A DNA stretch of 64,000 nt from Dehalococcoidia bacterium (GTDB lineage Bacteria; Chloroflexota; Dehalococcoidia; UBA2979): the NCBI GenBank assembly GCA_050248355.1, contig JBFWSN010000005.1, forward strand, positions 37,476 to 101,475, read 5' to 3'. Below are positions 17,610-25,928 of the stretch, piece by piece (positions within the stretch are counted from its first letter, which is position 1; every line of letters begins with the position of its first letter). The position numbers and the translations under genes are program-made. Below the pieces are notes generated by a model. That model did not search any database. It worked only from the letters and a program-made list of their open reading frames with translations, and was not told where the DNA came from.

Positions 17610-18209
17610 CTAGTTGTTCGCCGTCTGCTCGGCGGTGAAGGTGAGGGTGGTCGTGGTGGCCGCGCCCTGGAACTCGTTTCCGGTCGCAATCGGGAGCGAC
17701 GCCTGGAGGCAGAGCACCTCGCTGCCGGCGGCGGCGAGCGAACGGTCACCGGATTGCGCGCCGGTGGCGACGTCACCGAACGCGGCCTTGCCGAGCGCGC
17801 CGTTGTAGGCGTACGTGGGCGACCCACTGAAGGCGGACGCGCCGCAGGAGCCGGCGTCGGCGACCTTCACAATCTTGAGCACGATCTGATCCGCGAGGTC
17901 CTTCTTGTTGTCGTTGGTCGAGGACGAGGTGAGCGCGTAGCGCAGACCGAGCGAGCCGGGGTTGCTGACCGTGACCGGCTTCGCGACGGAGTCGCCGGGG
18001 GCCATGTTCTCGAACGTGATGCTGGCCGAGACGTCGTCGGCGGGACCCTCGTTGTCGTCCTTGAGCTGGATGTCCAGGGTGCCGGTGTTGAACGTGTTGT
18101 CAGTGCTTGTGGCGGCGTCCGTGAAGACGGCACTGGTGGCGGCGGTGATCATGGCGGCAACCAGACCGATGACCGCCAGGCTCATGAAGACGCTGCGCTT
18201 CCCTTTCAT
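17610..18209 (-). CDS. tasA: TasA/camelysin family secreted protein (biofilm-fibre-like)
   Basis: MKGKRSVFMSLAVIGLVAAMITAATSAVFTDAATSTDNTFNTGTLDIQL...ENMAPGDSVAKPVTVSNPGSL...LKIVKV matches the TasA N-terminal signature. ATG at 18209 with a GGAGGAAG SD. Confidence 0.85.
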   Translation of the reverse strand: MKGKRSVFMSLAVIGLVAAMITAATSAVFTDAATSTDNTFNTGTLDIQLKDDNEGPADDVSASITFENMAPGDSVAKPVTVSNPGSLGLRYALTSSSTNDNKKDLADQIVLKIVKVADAGSCGASAFSGSPTYAYNGALGKAAFGDVATGAQSGDRSLAAAGSEVLCLQASLPIATGNEFQGAATTTTLTFTAEQTANN

Positions 18210-18256
18210 TGTTGCTTCCTCCAAGTGTGCTGCGAGTCGTTTGTTTGGGTGACTCG

Positions 18257-18339
18257 GGGGGACCGCCTCGCGCCTCTTTGAGGCGGTCCCCCGTCGTCTG
18301 GCACCCCCCGCCCCGCGCCTCATTGGGGCGGCGGGTGCC
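18257..18339. repeat. tandem pair of hairpins with the same conserved loop (GCGCCTCTTT / GCGCCTCAT) upstream of tasA
   Basis: Hairpin 3: gggggaccgcctc-GCGCCTCTTT-gaggcggtccccc (13-bp stem). Hairpin 4: ggcaccccccgcccc-GCGCCTCAT-tggggcggcgggtgcc (imperfect). Located between the response regulator stop (18509) and the tasA start (18209). Confidence 0.5.
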
Positions 18340-18508
18340 ATGGGATGAGTCTCGCGGCCGGCAGTTGCAGGCCCGTTATTCCAAACGTTGCGCGTCGGTT
18401 GCGATTCGTGAATGCGCGCACAAGCACAGACAGGGCGCCCAAGAGTCTCCCGGGCGACAGGCCTTCACCTGCGTCGATGCAGCAGACGAGCTGGCGGTAG
18501 GTCGGGGT

Positions 18509-19186
18509 CTACGGACGGAAGCGGTAGCCCACGGCGCGCACCGATTCGATGAGGCCGTCAGGGACGCCGGCACTGGCGAGCTTGCGGCGCAGGCGGTGGA
18601 TCACGAACTTGACCCGCTCCGCCCCGACCTCGGAGGGGTCGTTCCAGGCGCGCTCCAGCAATTGCTCTTCGGTCAGGACGTTCCCAGGGTGGCTGGCGAG
18701 GGCCTGCAGGACACGGAACTCGAGCGGCGTGAGCTGCAGCTCGGCGTCGCCGTAGAAGACACGGCGCTGGAGCAGGTCAAGGGCGAGGCCGCCCTGCTCG
18801 ATGGCGTCGCGCGACTCCGGGGAAGACGTGACGCGCCGGAGAATCGCGCGCACGCGGGCGACCAGTTCCTGCCCGCCGAACGGCTTCACCAGGTAGTCGT
18901 CGGCGCCCGCGTCCAGGCCCCGGACGCGGTCGGCCTCGAGGCCACGGGCGGTGAGCATGAGGACGGGGACGTTGCTCATGTCACGCAGCCGGTCGAGGGT
19001 CTGCCAGCCATCGAGTTCCGGCATGGCCACGTCCAGCAGCACAAGGTCGGGCGTGTCGGCGTGGAAGCGACGGAGGCCATCGCGACCGTTGGCCGCCTGG
19101 ACTACCTCATATCCGGCACGGGACAACATGAGAGCGACCGCCTGACGGATGTCGGCCTCGTCGTCGATGACCAGAATGCGGCTCAC
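18509..19186 (-). CDS. OmpR-family two-component response regulator
   Basis: GTG start at VSRILVIDDEADIRQ. Receiver domain (D..D...LLDVAMP..GW) plus a C-terminal winged-helix OmpR/PhoB DNA-binding domain (TPLEFRVLQAL...VGYRF). The start overlaps the HK stop (GTGA). Confidence 0.9.
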   Translation of the reverse strand: MSRILVIDDEADIRQAVALMLSRAGYEVVQAANGRDGLRRFHADTPDLVLLDVAMPELDGWQTLDRLRDMSNVPVLMLTARGLEADRVRGLDAGADDYLVKPFGGQELVARVRAILRRVTSSPESRDAIEQGGLALDLLQRRVFYGDAELQLTPLEFRVLQALASHPGNVLTEEQLLERAWNDPSEVGAERVKFVIHRLRRKLASAGVPDGLIESVRAVGYRFRP

Positions 19187-20649
19187 GAGGCGGCCTCGAG
19201 TGGCTCGCGGAGGAACGGGAGGCGGACCGTGGCGGTGGTGCCGGACGCGATGCTGCTCATCAGGTCGATGGAGCCGCCGTGGCGCTGGACGATGGCCCGT
19301 GCGATCGCCAGGCCGAGCCCCTGTCCGGGGATGCCGGTGGCCACCGCCTCCGCGCCGCGGGTGAACGGCTCGAAGGCTCCGCCCACCTCGGCGGGACGCA
19401 AACTGGCGCCGCTGTTCGTGACGGTGACGGTCCACGCGACGGCATCCACCGCGCAGCGGACGGCGATCGAGCCGCCGGATGGGGTGAACTTCACGGCGTT
19501 GCCGAGGAGGTTGTCGAAGAGCTGGCCGAGCCGGACCGGGTCGCCAGGAACGGGCGGGCCGTCCGTCAGCTCGCAGTCCAGGACGATGCCGGCCGCCGCG
19601 GCCCTGGGCCGCGCGAGGGTCACCGCGTCGCGGACCACTGCCGCGACGTTGACGCTCTCTTCAACAGCGTTGAACTCCTCGATCCCGGCGCCAAGGTAGA
19701 TGAGGTCCTCGACGAGGCGTTCGAGGCGGGCGACATTGCGCTCGATGACATCGAGGTAGCCGCCGACCTCGGCCGGGACGGCGGGGCTCGTCCGCGCCAG
19801 CTCGGTGAACATGGAGATGGCGGTGATGGGTGTGCGGAACTCGTGGGAGACGGAAGCCAGGAGCGTCTCGCGAGTCTGACGGCTCGCCTCATCGGCGCTG
19901 GCGTCACGCATGACGCCGACGAACACGGGGTCCTGGTGCTCGGGTGCGACGCGGCTAACGTGGAGGTCGAGCGGGAATTCGTCGCCGTCGGAGCACTGGC
20001 CGCGCAGGCGCAGCCAGTGGTTCAGCAGGCCGCGCCGGTCGATGCCGCCGAGGTACTGGTCGCGGAACTCTGGCGCCACCAGGCCGGTGACGGGAGACCC
20101 GATCACCTCGGCGGCCGTGTACCCGAACATCCGCTCAGCGGCGGGGTTGAAGCGGATGATCTCGCCGGCGGCGGAGGCGAGGACGATCGCGTCGGTCGAC
20201 TCCTCAACGACGCTGGCGAGCAGCCGCTCGCTCCGTTCGCGCTCGGTGATGTCGAAGGCCACGGCCAGGACGCCGGCGATTGTCCCCGCACGAATCAGCG
20301 GCTGCGACGAGAACTGGAACGTCGCCTGGCCGACGCTCATCTTCCCTTCGACGCTCCGGCCGGCCAGCGCCTGCCGCACGACGTCGAGCAGTCCGGGGTC
20401 GTTGGCGTGGAGATCCTCGTAGGAGCGGCCGACGAACTCGGCCGGCACGATGCCGAGGCCGCTGAGACCCCCGCCTTCCGCGAGGATGTACCGGCCTTCC
20501 GCATCGAGCGCGAAGAGCATGACCGGAAGGCGGTTCACGGCCTCGACGGCGATGGACGCCTCGATCATGCGCACCAGCGCGAGGTCGTCGACCTCGGGAA
20601 GACGGCTCAGCGCGTCGAAGACGAAGGAGCGATCGGCGTCAGGCTGCAC
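19183..20649 (-). CDS. PAS-domain sensor histidine kinase
   Basis: PAS/PAC domains, an HisKA H-box (SHEFRTPITAI) and an HATPase_c domain (N, G1 DNLLGNAVKF, G2 GQGLGLAIA). The true start is uncertain; it must lie below 20720, and a GTG near 20649 or ATG at 20568 are candidates. Confidence 0.8.
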   Translation of the reverse strand: MQPDADRSFVFDALSRLPEVDDLALVRMIEASIAVEAVNRLPVMLFALDAEGRYILAEGGGLSGLGIVPAEFVGRSYEDLHANDPGLLDVVRQALAGRSVEGKMSVGQATFQFSSQPLIRAGTIAGVLAVAFDITERERSERLLASVVEESTDAIVLASAAGEIIRFNPAAERMFGYTAAEVIGSPVTGLVAPEFRDQYLGGIDRRGLLNHWLRLRGQCSDGDEFPLDLHVSRVAPEHQDPVFVGVMRDASADEASRQTRETLLASVSHEFRTPITAISMFTELARTSPAVPAEVGGYLDVIERNVARLERLVEDLIYLGAGIEEFNAVEESVNVAAVVRDAVTLARPRAAAAGIVLDCELTDGPPVPGDPVRLGQLFDNLLGNAVKFTPSGGSIAVRCAVDAVAWTVTVTNSGASLRPAEVGGAFEPFTRGAEAVATGIPGQGLGLAIARAIVQRHGGSIDLMSSIASGTTATVRLPFLREPLEAAS

Positions 20650-20719
20650 GTACGCATGATTTAACCCCACGGCGACGGATGCAATGGGGGCGTCGGGAGA
20701 GCATGTACGGCCGGGCGGG

Positions 20720-21481
20720 TCAGGGCCGCGCGCGACTGAGTGCGCCCTCCACCTCGGGGTGCTCGCGCTCGAGGCGGGTCGTGCGGATCGGGTTGCCCTC
20801 GCGGGTTTCCTCGTACGCCTGGACAAGCACGCCGCGCTCGACGAGGCGATTCATCACCACGTCGACGATCGAGGGGTCGATGCGATTCGCCGGGTGGCGG
20901 ACGTAGCCGGCGGCGTCGCGGAACGTCGGCAGGTAGCCCTCGTAGCGCGAGTCTTCGTACTTGACGAGGGCGCGGATGATGGCCTCTTCGTCCGCGGGCG
21001 TGATCTCGGCGAGCTCGAGGGGATCCTCGGAGCCTGCAGCCTCGACGAGGTCGCGGCTGACCGAGCCGGGGACGCCGGCGACGACGACCTGCTTGTCGAA
21101 CCGGTAGCGCAGGCGGGCGACGACGCGCACGTAGTCGCTGTCGCCGGCCATGAGCACGAACGTGCTGATCGTGGGACGATCCTGCGCGGTCTCGTACATG
21201 TCCAGGCCGAGGTTCATATCGACGGTCGACTGAGTGACCTCGCCACGCACCTTGGCCGGGCAATGGAACGGCTCGATGTTGGCGTTGCGGAAGCTGGTCT
21301 CCATCGAGCGGAAGAGGTCCGTGCCGAAGTCGGCGTACACGCGGGCGAAGGCGATGGGGCCGTAACGCCTCGCGTGGGCGATGAGGCGGCCGGGGTTGGG
21401 CTGCTGGCCGAAGGACTTGTGAAGCGACGTGGCGACGTTCTCGAGGTCGATGAAGAGGGCGACCTCGTCCCGACGCAGCAT
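20720..21481 (-). CDS. NYN-domain (LabA-like) protein
   Basis: MLRRDEVALFIDLENV...FVLMAGDSDYVRVV is the NYN/LabA PIN-like nuclease fold, with an extra C-terminal domain. Confidence 0.75.
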   Translation of the reverse strand: MLRRDEVALFIDLENVATSLHKSFGQQPNPGRLIAHARRYGPIAFARVYADFGTDLFRSMETSFRNANIEPFHCPAKVRGEVTQSTVDMNLGLDMYETAQDRPTISTFVLMAGDSDYVRVVARLRYRFDKQVVVAGVPGSVSRDLVEAAGSEDPLELAEITPADEEAIIRALVKYEDSRYEGYLPTFRDAAGYVRHPANRIDPSIVDVVMNRLVERGVLVQAYEETREGNPIRTTRLEREHPEVEGALSRARP

Positions 21482-21547
21482 GTAAACCTCCGCAAGAGGG
21501 CTCTGAAGGCCGCGAACTCCGCGGCGACTAGAGGATAGCGGGCAGGC

Positions 21548-22072
21548 TTACGGCCGCCACCAGCCGGGGCCCGCGAGCACCTCGATGCCCGGGGGATCGA
21601 CCTCATCGAGGAGGTCGCGGGCGGTGCGGTGAAGGAGGGGGTGCTCGATGTCGGGGGTCACCTCGGCGAGCGGGACGAGGACGAACGCACGCTCGTGGAG
21701 GCGGAGATGGGGGACCGTGAGATCGGGGTCGTCGATGACTTCGCCTTCGATGAGCAGGATGTCGATGTCGACGGGGCGGGGGCCGTTGCGGACGGTGCTG
21801 AAGTCCCGTCCGCGCTCCGCCTCGATGCGCTTGCAGAGGCGGAGCAGCGCGTGCGCATCGAGGGCGGTGCGCGCCTCGACGGCGATGTTGACGAAGCGGG
21901 GCTGATCCTCGATGCCCCAGGGCGGCGTCTCGTAGACAGACGAGACCGCCTCGATGGCGACGCCCGCGGCCTCGAGGGCATCGAGCGCGGCGCGCAGGTG
22001 GGCGGTGCGGTCACCGAGGTTGCCGCCCAGGGCGAGCCAGACCCGGCGCTCGTGATCTGCTCGTGTGGTCAT
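21548..22072 (-). CDS. folK: 2-amino-4-hydroxy-6-hydroxymethyldihydropteridine pyrophosphokinase (HPPK)
   Basis: 174 aa: LALGGNLGDR...YETPPWG...DIDIL...HLRLHERAFVLVPL. Confidence 0.9.
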   Translation of the reverse strand: MTTRADHERRVWLALGGNLGDRTAHLRAALDALEAAGVAIEAVSSVYETPPWGIEDQPRFVNIAVEARTALDAHALLRLCKRIEAERGRDFSTVRNGPRPVDIDILLIEGEVIDDPDLTVPHLRLHERAFVLVPLAEVTPDIEHPLLHRTARDLLDEVDPPGIEVLAGPGWWRP

Positions 22073-22923
22073 CGGGGCGGGCTCCAGCCGCGGACGACGG
22101 CGTCCGCCATACTCGCGACATCGGCCATGGCGCGGACATCGTGGACTCGCACAATGTCCACGCCGGCCTGCACAGCGAGGGCGACCGTGGCGGCGGTGCC
22201 CCAGAGGCGGTCGTCCTCGGTGCGGTCGAGCACAAGGCCCAGCGTCGATTTGCGGGACGTGCCGAGAAGCAACGGGCGGCCGACGCCGCGCAGCTCGGCG
22301 AGGCGTCGCAGCAACTCGAGGTTCTGCGCGGGCTGCCAGCCAAAGCCGAAGCCAGGGTCGAGGATGAGCATCCGCTCGTCGACGCCGGCGTCGCGGGCCA
22401 GCCGGAGCGACTCCTCGAAAGCCGCGCGGACGTCGGCGATCACATCGCCCGTCGAGGGGCGGCCACGCTGGTTGTGCATGAGCACGGCAGGCCGTCCGGA
22501 GGCGGCGAGCGCCGCCGCCATGCGGGCGTCGCCGCGCAGGCCGTTCACATCATTCAGAGCGTCCGCGCCCGCCTCGAACGCCCGCGTGGCGACCTCCGCC
22601 TTCGACGTGTCGACGGACAGCGGCACGTCGACGGCCGCGCGGACGGCGCGCAGGACCGGGCCGAGGCGGGCCCACTCCTCCTCGGCGGTCACGACCGCGG
22701 CGCCCGGGCGGGTGGACTCCGCACCGAGATCGAGGAGGTCGGCACCGTGCTCGACCATGCGGGCGGCCTGCTCGGCGGCGCGCGCGGGATCGAGGACGCC
22801 GTCGCCGGAGAACGAGTCGGGGGTGACGTTGAGGATGCCCATGACGTAGGTGCTCGCACCCCACGCGAACGTGCGGCCGCCGATGCGGATGGGGGCGGGG
22901 CAGGGCGGACAGTCGGGGGCCAT
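22069..22923 (-). CDS. folP: dihydropteroate synthase
   Basis: GILNVTPDSFSGDG...LLDLGAESTRPGA... pterin-binding TIM barrel. Overlaps folK by 4 nt. Confidence 0.9.
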   Translation of the reverse strand: MAPDCPPCPAPIRIGGRTFAWGASTYVMGILNVTPDSFSGDGVLDPARAAEQAARMVEHGADLLDLGAESTRPGAAVVTAEEEWARLGPVLRAVRAAVDVPLSVDTSKAEVATRAFEAGADALNDVNGLRGDARMAAALAASGRPAVLMHNQRGRPSTGDVIADVRAAFEESLRLARDAGVDERMLILDPGFGFGWQPAQNLELLRRLAELRGVGRPLLLGTSRKSTLGLVLDRTEDDRLWGTAATVALAVQAGVDIVRVHDVRAMADVASMADAVVRGWSPPR

Positions 22924-22933
22924 CGAGACCAGC

Positions 22934-23371
22934 CTACACGACCTCGATCGGCTCCTCGATGACGTGGGGAGTCTCGCGGACGATGCGCCAGGCGCGGACA
23001 GACGGCGGCTCCTCCGCCAGCGACACGAGGATGTAATAGGCCTCCGGGTACATGAAGAGGCCGCTCTCGATCTCGCCGGGAGGGAAGAATGCCTGGCGGA
23101 TGTCGGTCATCGAGGGACGCGCCTCGGACGCGACGTGGGAGTGGTAGATCGCGAACAGCTGCTCGCCAGACTCGTCGCGCTGCCGCTCCAGGCGGGCCAC
23201 TTCGAGGCCGTCCATCTCGTAGCGGTACGGGCTGGCAGTGGTGTTCTTGACGCGGTGGACGGCGATCGGGACGCCATCGCGTGAATGGACCATGCCGCAG
23301 GCCTCATTGGGGAGATCGTCCCGGGCGTGGGCGACCATCTCGTCGATCAGGGCGCGAGGAATGCGCGGCAT
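22934..23371 (-). CDS. JAMM/MPN+ metalloprotease (Mec+-like, CysO/MoaD C-terminal peptidase)
   Basis: JAMM motif E...HSHVASEARPSMTD. Start at the internal MPRIPRALIDEM with a GGGAG SD. Sits in the sulfur-carrier island. Confidence 0.8.
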   Translation of the reverse strand: MPRIPRALIDEMVAHARDDLPNEACGMVHSRDGVPIAVHRVKNTTASPYRYEMDGLEVARLERQRDESGEQLFAIYHSHVASEARPSMTDIRQAFFPPGEIESGLFMYPEAYYILVSLAEEPPSVRAWRIVRETPHVIEEPIEVV

Positions 23372-23449
23372 CGTGACTCCCGAGTCGTGCGCGGCCATGT
23401 GGGCTCGATTGTGCGGCGCGGGAGCGCTGCTCGCCACGGTCTGCGGGCG

Positions 23450-23923
23450 TCAGGTGTCCCGACAGGCGTCGTGCGCAGATGGCCAGGGCTCGGCGTTGTC
23501 GAGCACCTCGAAGCAGTCGTCCGAGATCGGAACCTGGACGATGACGATCTCGGGGCCGGACCTGGTCGTGCCCCGGCCGAGCACGACGCCCTCCGCGGGT
23601 ACGCCCGTGCAGAGGCCTTCCGACGTGAGCGTGACTCCGTCCGGTGGCCGGCACTCGGCGGGGGGGACGAAGCCGACTGACGCGGCGTACTTCGAGGGGA
23701 TGACCTCGATGCGGAACATGCGGAACCCTGAACTCGTGCGGTAGGTGGCATAGACCAGCGCCGAGGAACCATCGGCGGATGGCTCGCCCGGCGTACCAGC
23801 GATCACCTCGGGAGTGACGGCCGAGGGACTGCGATCGGGGGTGGTGAACGAGAGACCGGCGGCGAAGGCTGCGAGGAGGATGAACAACCCCAGGCCGACG
23901 ACGACGACCGCGCCCGGCTTCAT
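23450..23923 (-). CDS. membrane-anchored secreted protein with 4 conserved Cys, unknown function (paralog A)
   Basis: 157 aa. N-terminal TM/signal anchor and a conserved core ADGSSALVY...YAASVGFVPPAECRPPDG...IVIVQVPI..CF.VL....WPS..D.CR shared with the adjacent paralog. Confidence 0.5.
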   Translation of the reverse strand: MKPGAVVVVGLGLFILLAAFAAGLSFTTPDRSPSAVTPEVIAGTPGEPSADGSSALVYATYRTSSGFRMFRIEVIPSKYAASVGFVPPAECRPPDGVTLTSEGLCTGVPAEGVVLGRGTTRSGPEIVIVQVPISDDCFEVLDNAEPWPSAHDACRDT

Positions 23924-24079
23924 CGGCTATCCCTCACAGGATCCTTTTCCCGCCCACGTACAGAGGCCGCCCGTCGGTCATGCCGGCGGGGTGCGGCATC
24001 CTCATCCGGGCGGTGGCGTGTAGCGATGCCGGCTCGATTGTCAGGTGCCAGAGCGCTGGTCGCCACGACTCCGGGCGAG

Positions 24080-24550
24080 TCAGGACTCGCGGCAGCCGTC
24101 GAGCTCGGAGGGCCAGCGGTCGCCCTCCTTCAGTACGTCGAAACAGCGCGCGAAGATCGGAACCTGCACGATGACCAGGGCGTGACCGGAACTCAGCGTA
24201 CCGCTTCCGACGACCTCGCCGGCGGCGGGGATCCTGGCGCACGGCCCCTCGGCGAGGAGCGCTGCGTCCTGATCAGGGAGGCAGCCGGCGGGCGGCACGA
24301 AGCCGACGGAGGCAGCGTAGTCCGCCGCGACCAGCTGGAGGCCGAACAGGCGAAGCCCGGCGTTGGTGCGAAGCGTGCCATACACGAGCGCCGAGGAGCC
24401 ATCGGCAGGCGGTTCGGCCGGGCCATCGACGGCCGTGGCGGGTCCGCTTCCAGACGAGGTCTCAGTGCCGGTTACGGTGACGCCCGCGGCGAGCAGCCCA
24501 CCGATGACCACCACCACCAGCCCGACGACGATGATCGCCCCGGACTTCAT
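24080..24550 (-). CDS. membrane-anchored secreted protein with 4 conserved Cys, unknown function (paralog B)
   Basis: Start at the internal MKSGAIIVVG, also 157 aa. About 45% identical to paralog A over the whole length, with the same four Cys. Confidence 0.5.
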   Translation of the reverse strand: MKSGAIIVVGLVVVVIGGLLAAGVTVTGTETSSGSGPATAVDGPAEPPADGSSALVYGTLRTNAGLRLFGLQLVAADYAASVGFVPPAGCLPDQDAALLAEGPCARIPAAGEVVGSGTLSSGHALVIVQVPIFARCFDVLKEGDRWPSELDGCRES

Positions 24551-24575
24551 CGCGAGGACGGGCCTGCTGCTTCTC

Positions 24576-24962
24576 TCACGTCCACTGCTGCGCTTCGCCG
24601 TCGTCGATGCAGGCCGCGCCCGCAAGGCGCATGCGGAGAAAGTTGAAGCTGGCGGGCTCGATCACCAGATGCTCGACCCAGTGGGCGCGCTCGGCCTCGG
24701 GGAGACGATCGATGAGGTCCTCGAACGGCACTTGCACCTCGGTGTCCTCGGCGGCGATGCCGACATCGAGCGACCATCTGCCCGGGAACGACACGCGGCC
24801 GACGGTGCGCGTGCGGATGAGACTCGCGCCTCGCTCGCGGTAGCGGTCCATGACGGAGGCCTGGAAGCGGAGAATCAGGCGGCCCGAGTCCTTCGACGCG
24901 AAGGCGCGGGTCAGCAGCAGACGCTGCAGCGCCGCGGTGACGGCCGCCTGGTCCTCATCCAT
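24576..24962 (-). CDS. hypothetical protein
   Basis: 128-aa ORF with balanced composition, same strand as its neighbours. No motif recognised. Confidence 0.4.
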   Translation of the reverse strand: MDEDQAAVTAALQRLLLTRAFASKDSGRLILRFQASVMDRYRERGASLIRTRTVGRVSFPGRWSLDVGIAAEDTEVQVPFEDLIDRLPEAERAHWVEHLVIEPASFNFLRMRLAGAACIDDGEAQQWT

Positions 24963-24984
24963 TCCTGCCCCCCGGCCTCGCGGG

Positions 24985-25809
24985 CTACTTCTCGACGGGA
25001 ACGCCGATCAGCGAGCCATACTCGGTCCAGGAGCCATCGTAGTTCTTCACATCGCTGTAGCCGAGGATGTGCTTCAGCACGAACCAGGTGTGCGACGAGC
25101 GCTCACCAATGCGGCAGTAGGCGATGGTAGGCGTGCCCTCCTGGACGCCCGCATCCCCGTAGAGGGTCTTGAGGTCCTCGGGCGACCTGAACGTGCCGTC
25201 CTCATTGACGGCGCGCGCCCAGGGAATGTTCTTCGCGCCGGGGATGTGGCCGGCGCGCTGCGCGGTCTCCGTCATGCCGGGTGGGGCGATGATCTCGCCG
25301 TTGTACTCGGCCGGGCTACGGACATCGACGAGCTGGCTCGCGGCGCCGCCGACGGCCTGCAGCACCTCGTCGCGCTGGGCGCGCAGGGCCGGATTCGCGT
25401 CCTTCGCGGCGTAGCTCGTGGTCGGGTAGCTCGGTACGTCGGTAGTCGTGGGGCGGCTGTCGGCCATCCACTTCAGCCGGCCGCCGTCCATGAGCGAAGC
25501 ATGCTCGTGGCCGTACAGCTCGAGGAGCCACAACGCGTACGCAGCGAACCAGTTGTTGTTGTCGCCGTAAAGCACGACGTGCGTGTCGTTGTTGATGCCC
25601 GAGGCGCTCAACAGCTCCTCGAGGCCAGCCTTCGAGATGATGTCGCGCTGGACCTGGTCCTGGAGCTGCGTGGTCCAGTTCCAGCCCACGGCGCCCTCGA
25701 TGTGGCCCGTGCCGTACGCCTCAGTGTCGACGTCGACCTCGACGAGGCGCACGTTGGGGTCCCCGCTGTGCTCGGCGACCCAGTCAACGGTGACGAGTTT
25801 GTCGGTCAT
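24985..25809 (-). CDS. thiosulfate / 3-mercaptopyruvate sulfurtransferase (tandem rhodanese domains)
   Basis: Two rhodanese domains with active-site CRIGERS in the second. Strong SD AGGAGGAAG. Confidence 0.85.
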   Translation of the reverse strand: MTDKLVTVDWVAEHSGDPNVRLVEVDVDTEAYGTGHIEGAVGWNWTTQLQDQVQRDIISKAGLEELLSASGINNDTHVVLYGDNNNWFAAYALWLLELYGHEHASLMDGGRLKWMADSRPTTTDVPSYPTTSYAAKDANPALRAQRDEVLQAVGGAASQLVDVRSPAEYNGEIIAPPGMTETAQRAGHIPGAKNIPWARAVNEDGTFRSPEDLKTLYGDAGVQEGTPTIAYCRIGERSSHTWFVLKHILGYSDVKNYDGSWTEYGSLIGVPVEK

Positions 25810-25928
25810 GACTTCCTCCTGAGTGGACTCGCGATCTGCGGGTTCTACCGGTGCGGCTCCCTCGCGGGGAGCAGTGTAGCCAACTCCATGCGGCGTGGTG
25901 CGCGGAGCCCGCTACCACCACAGCCCCG

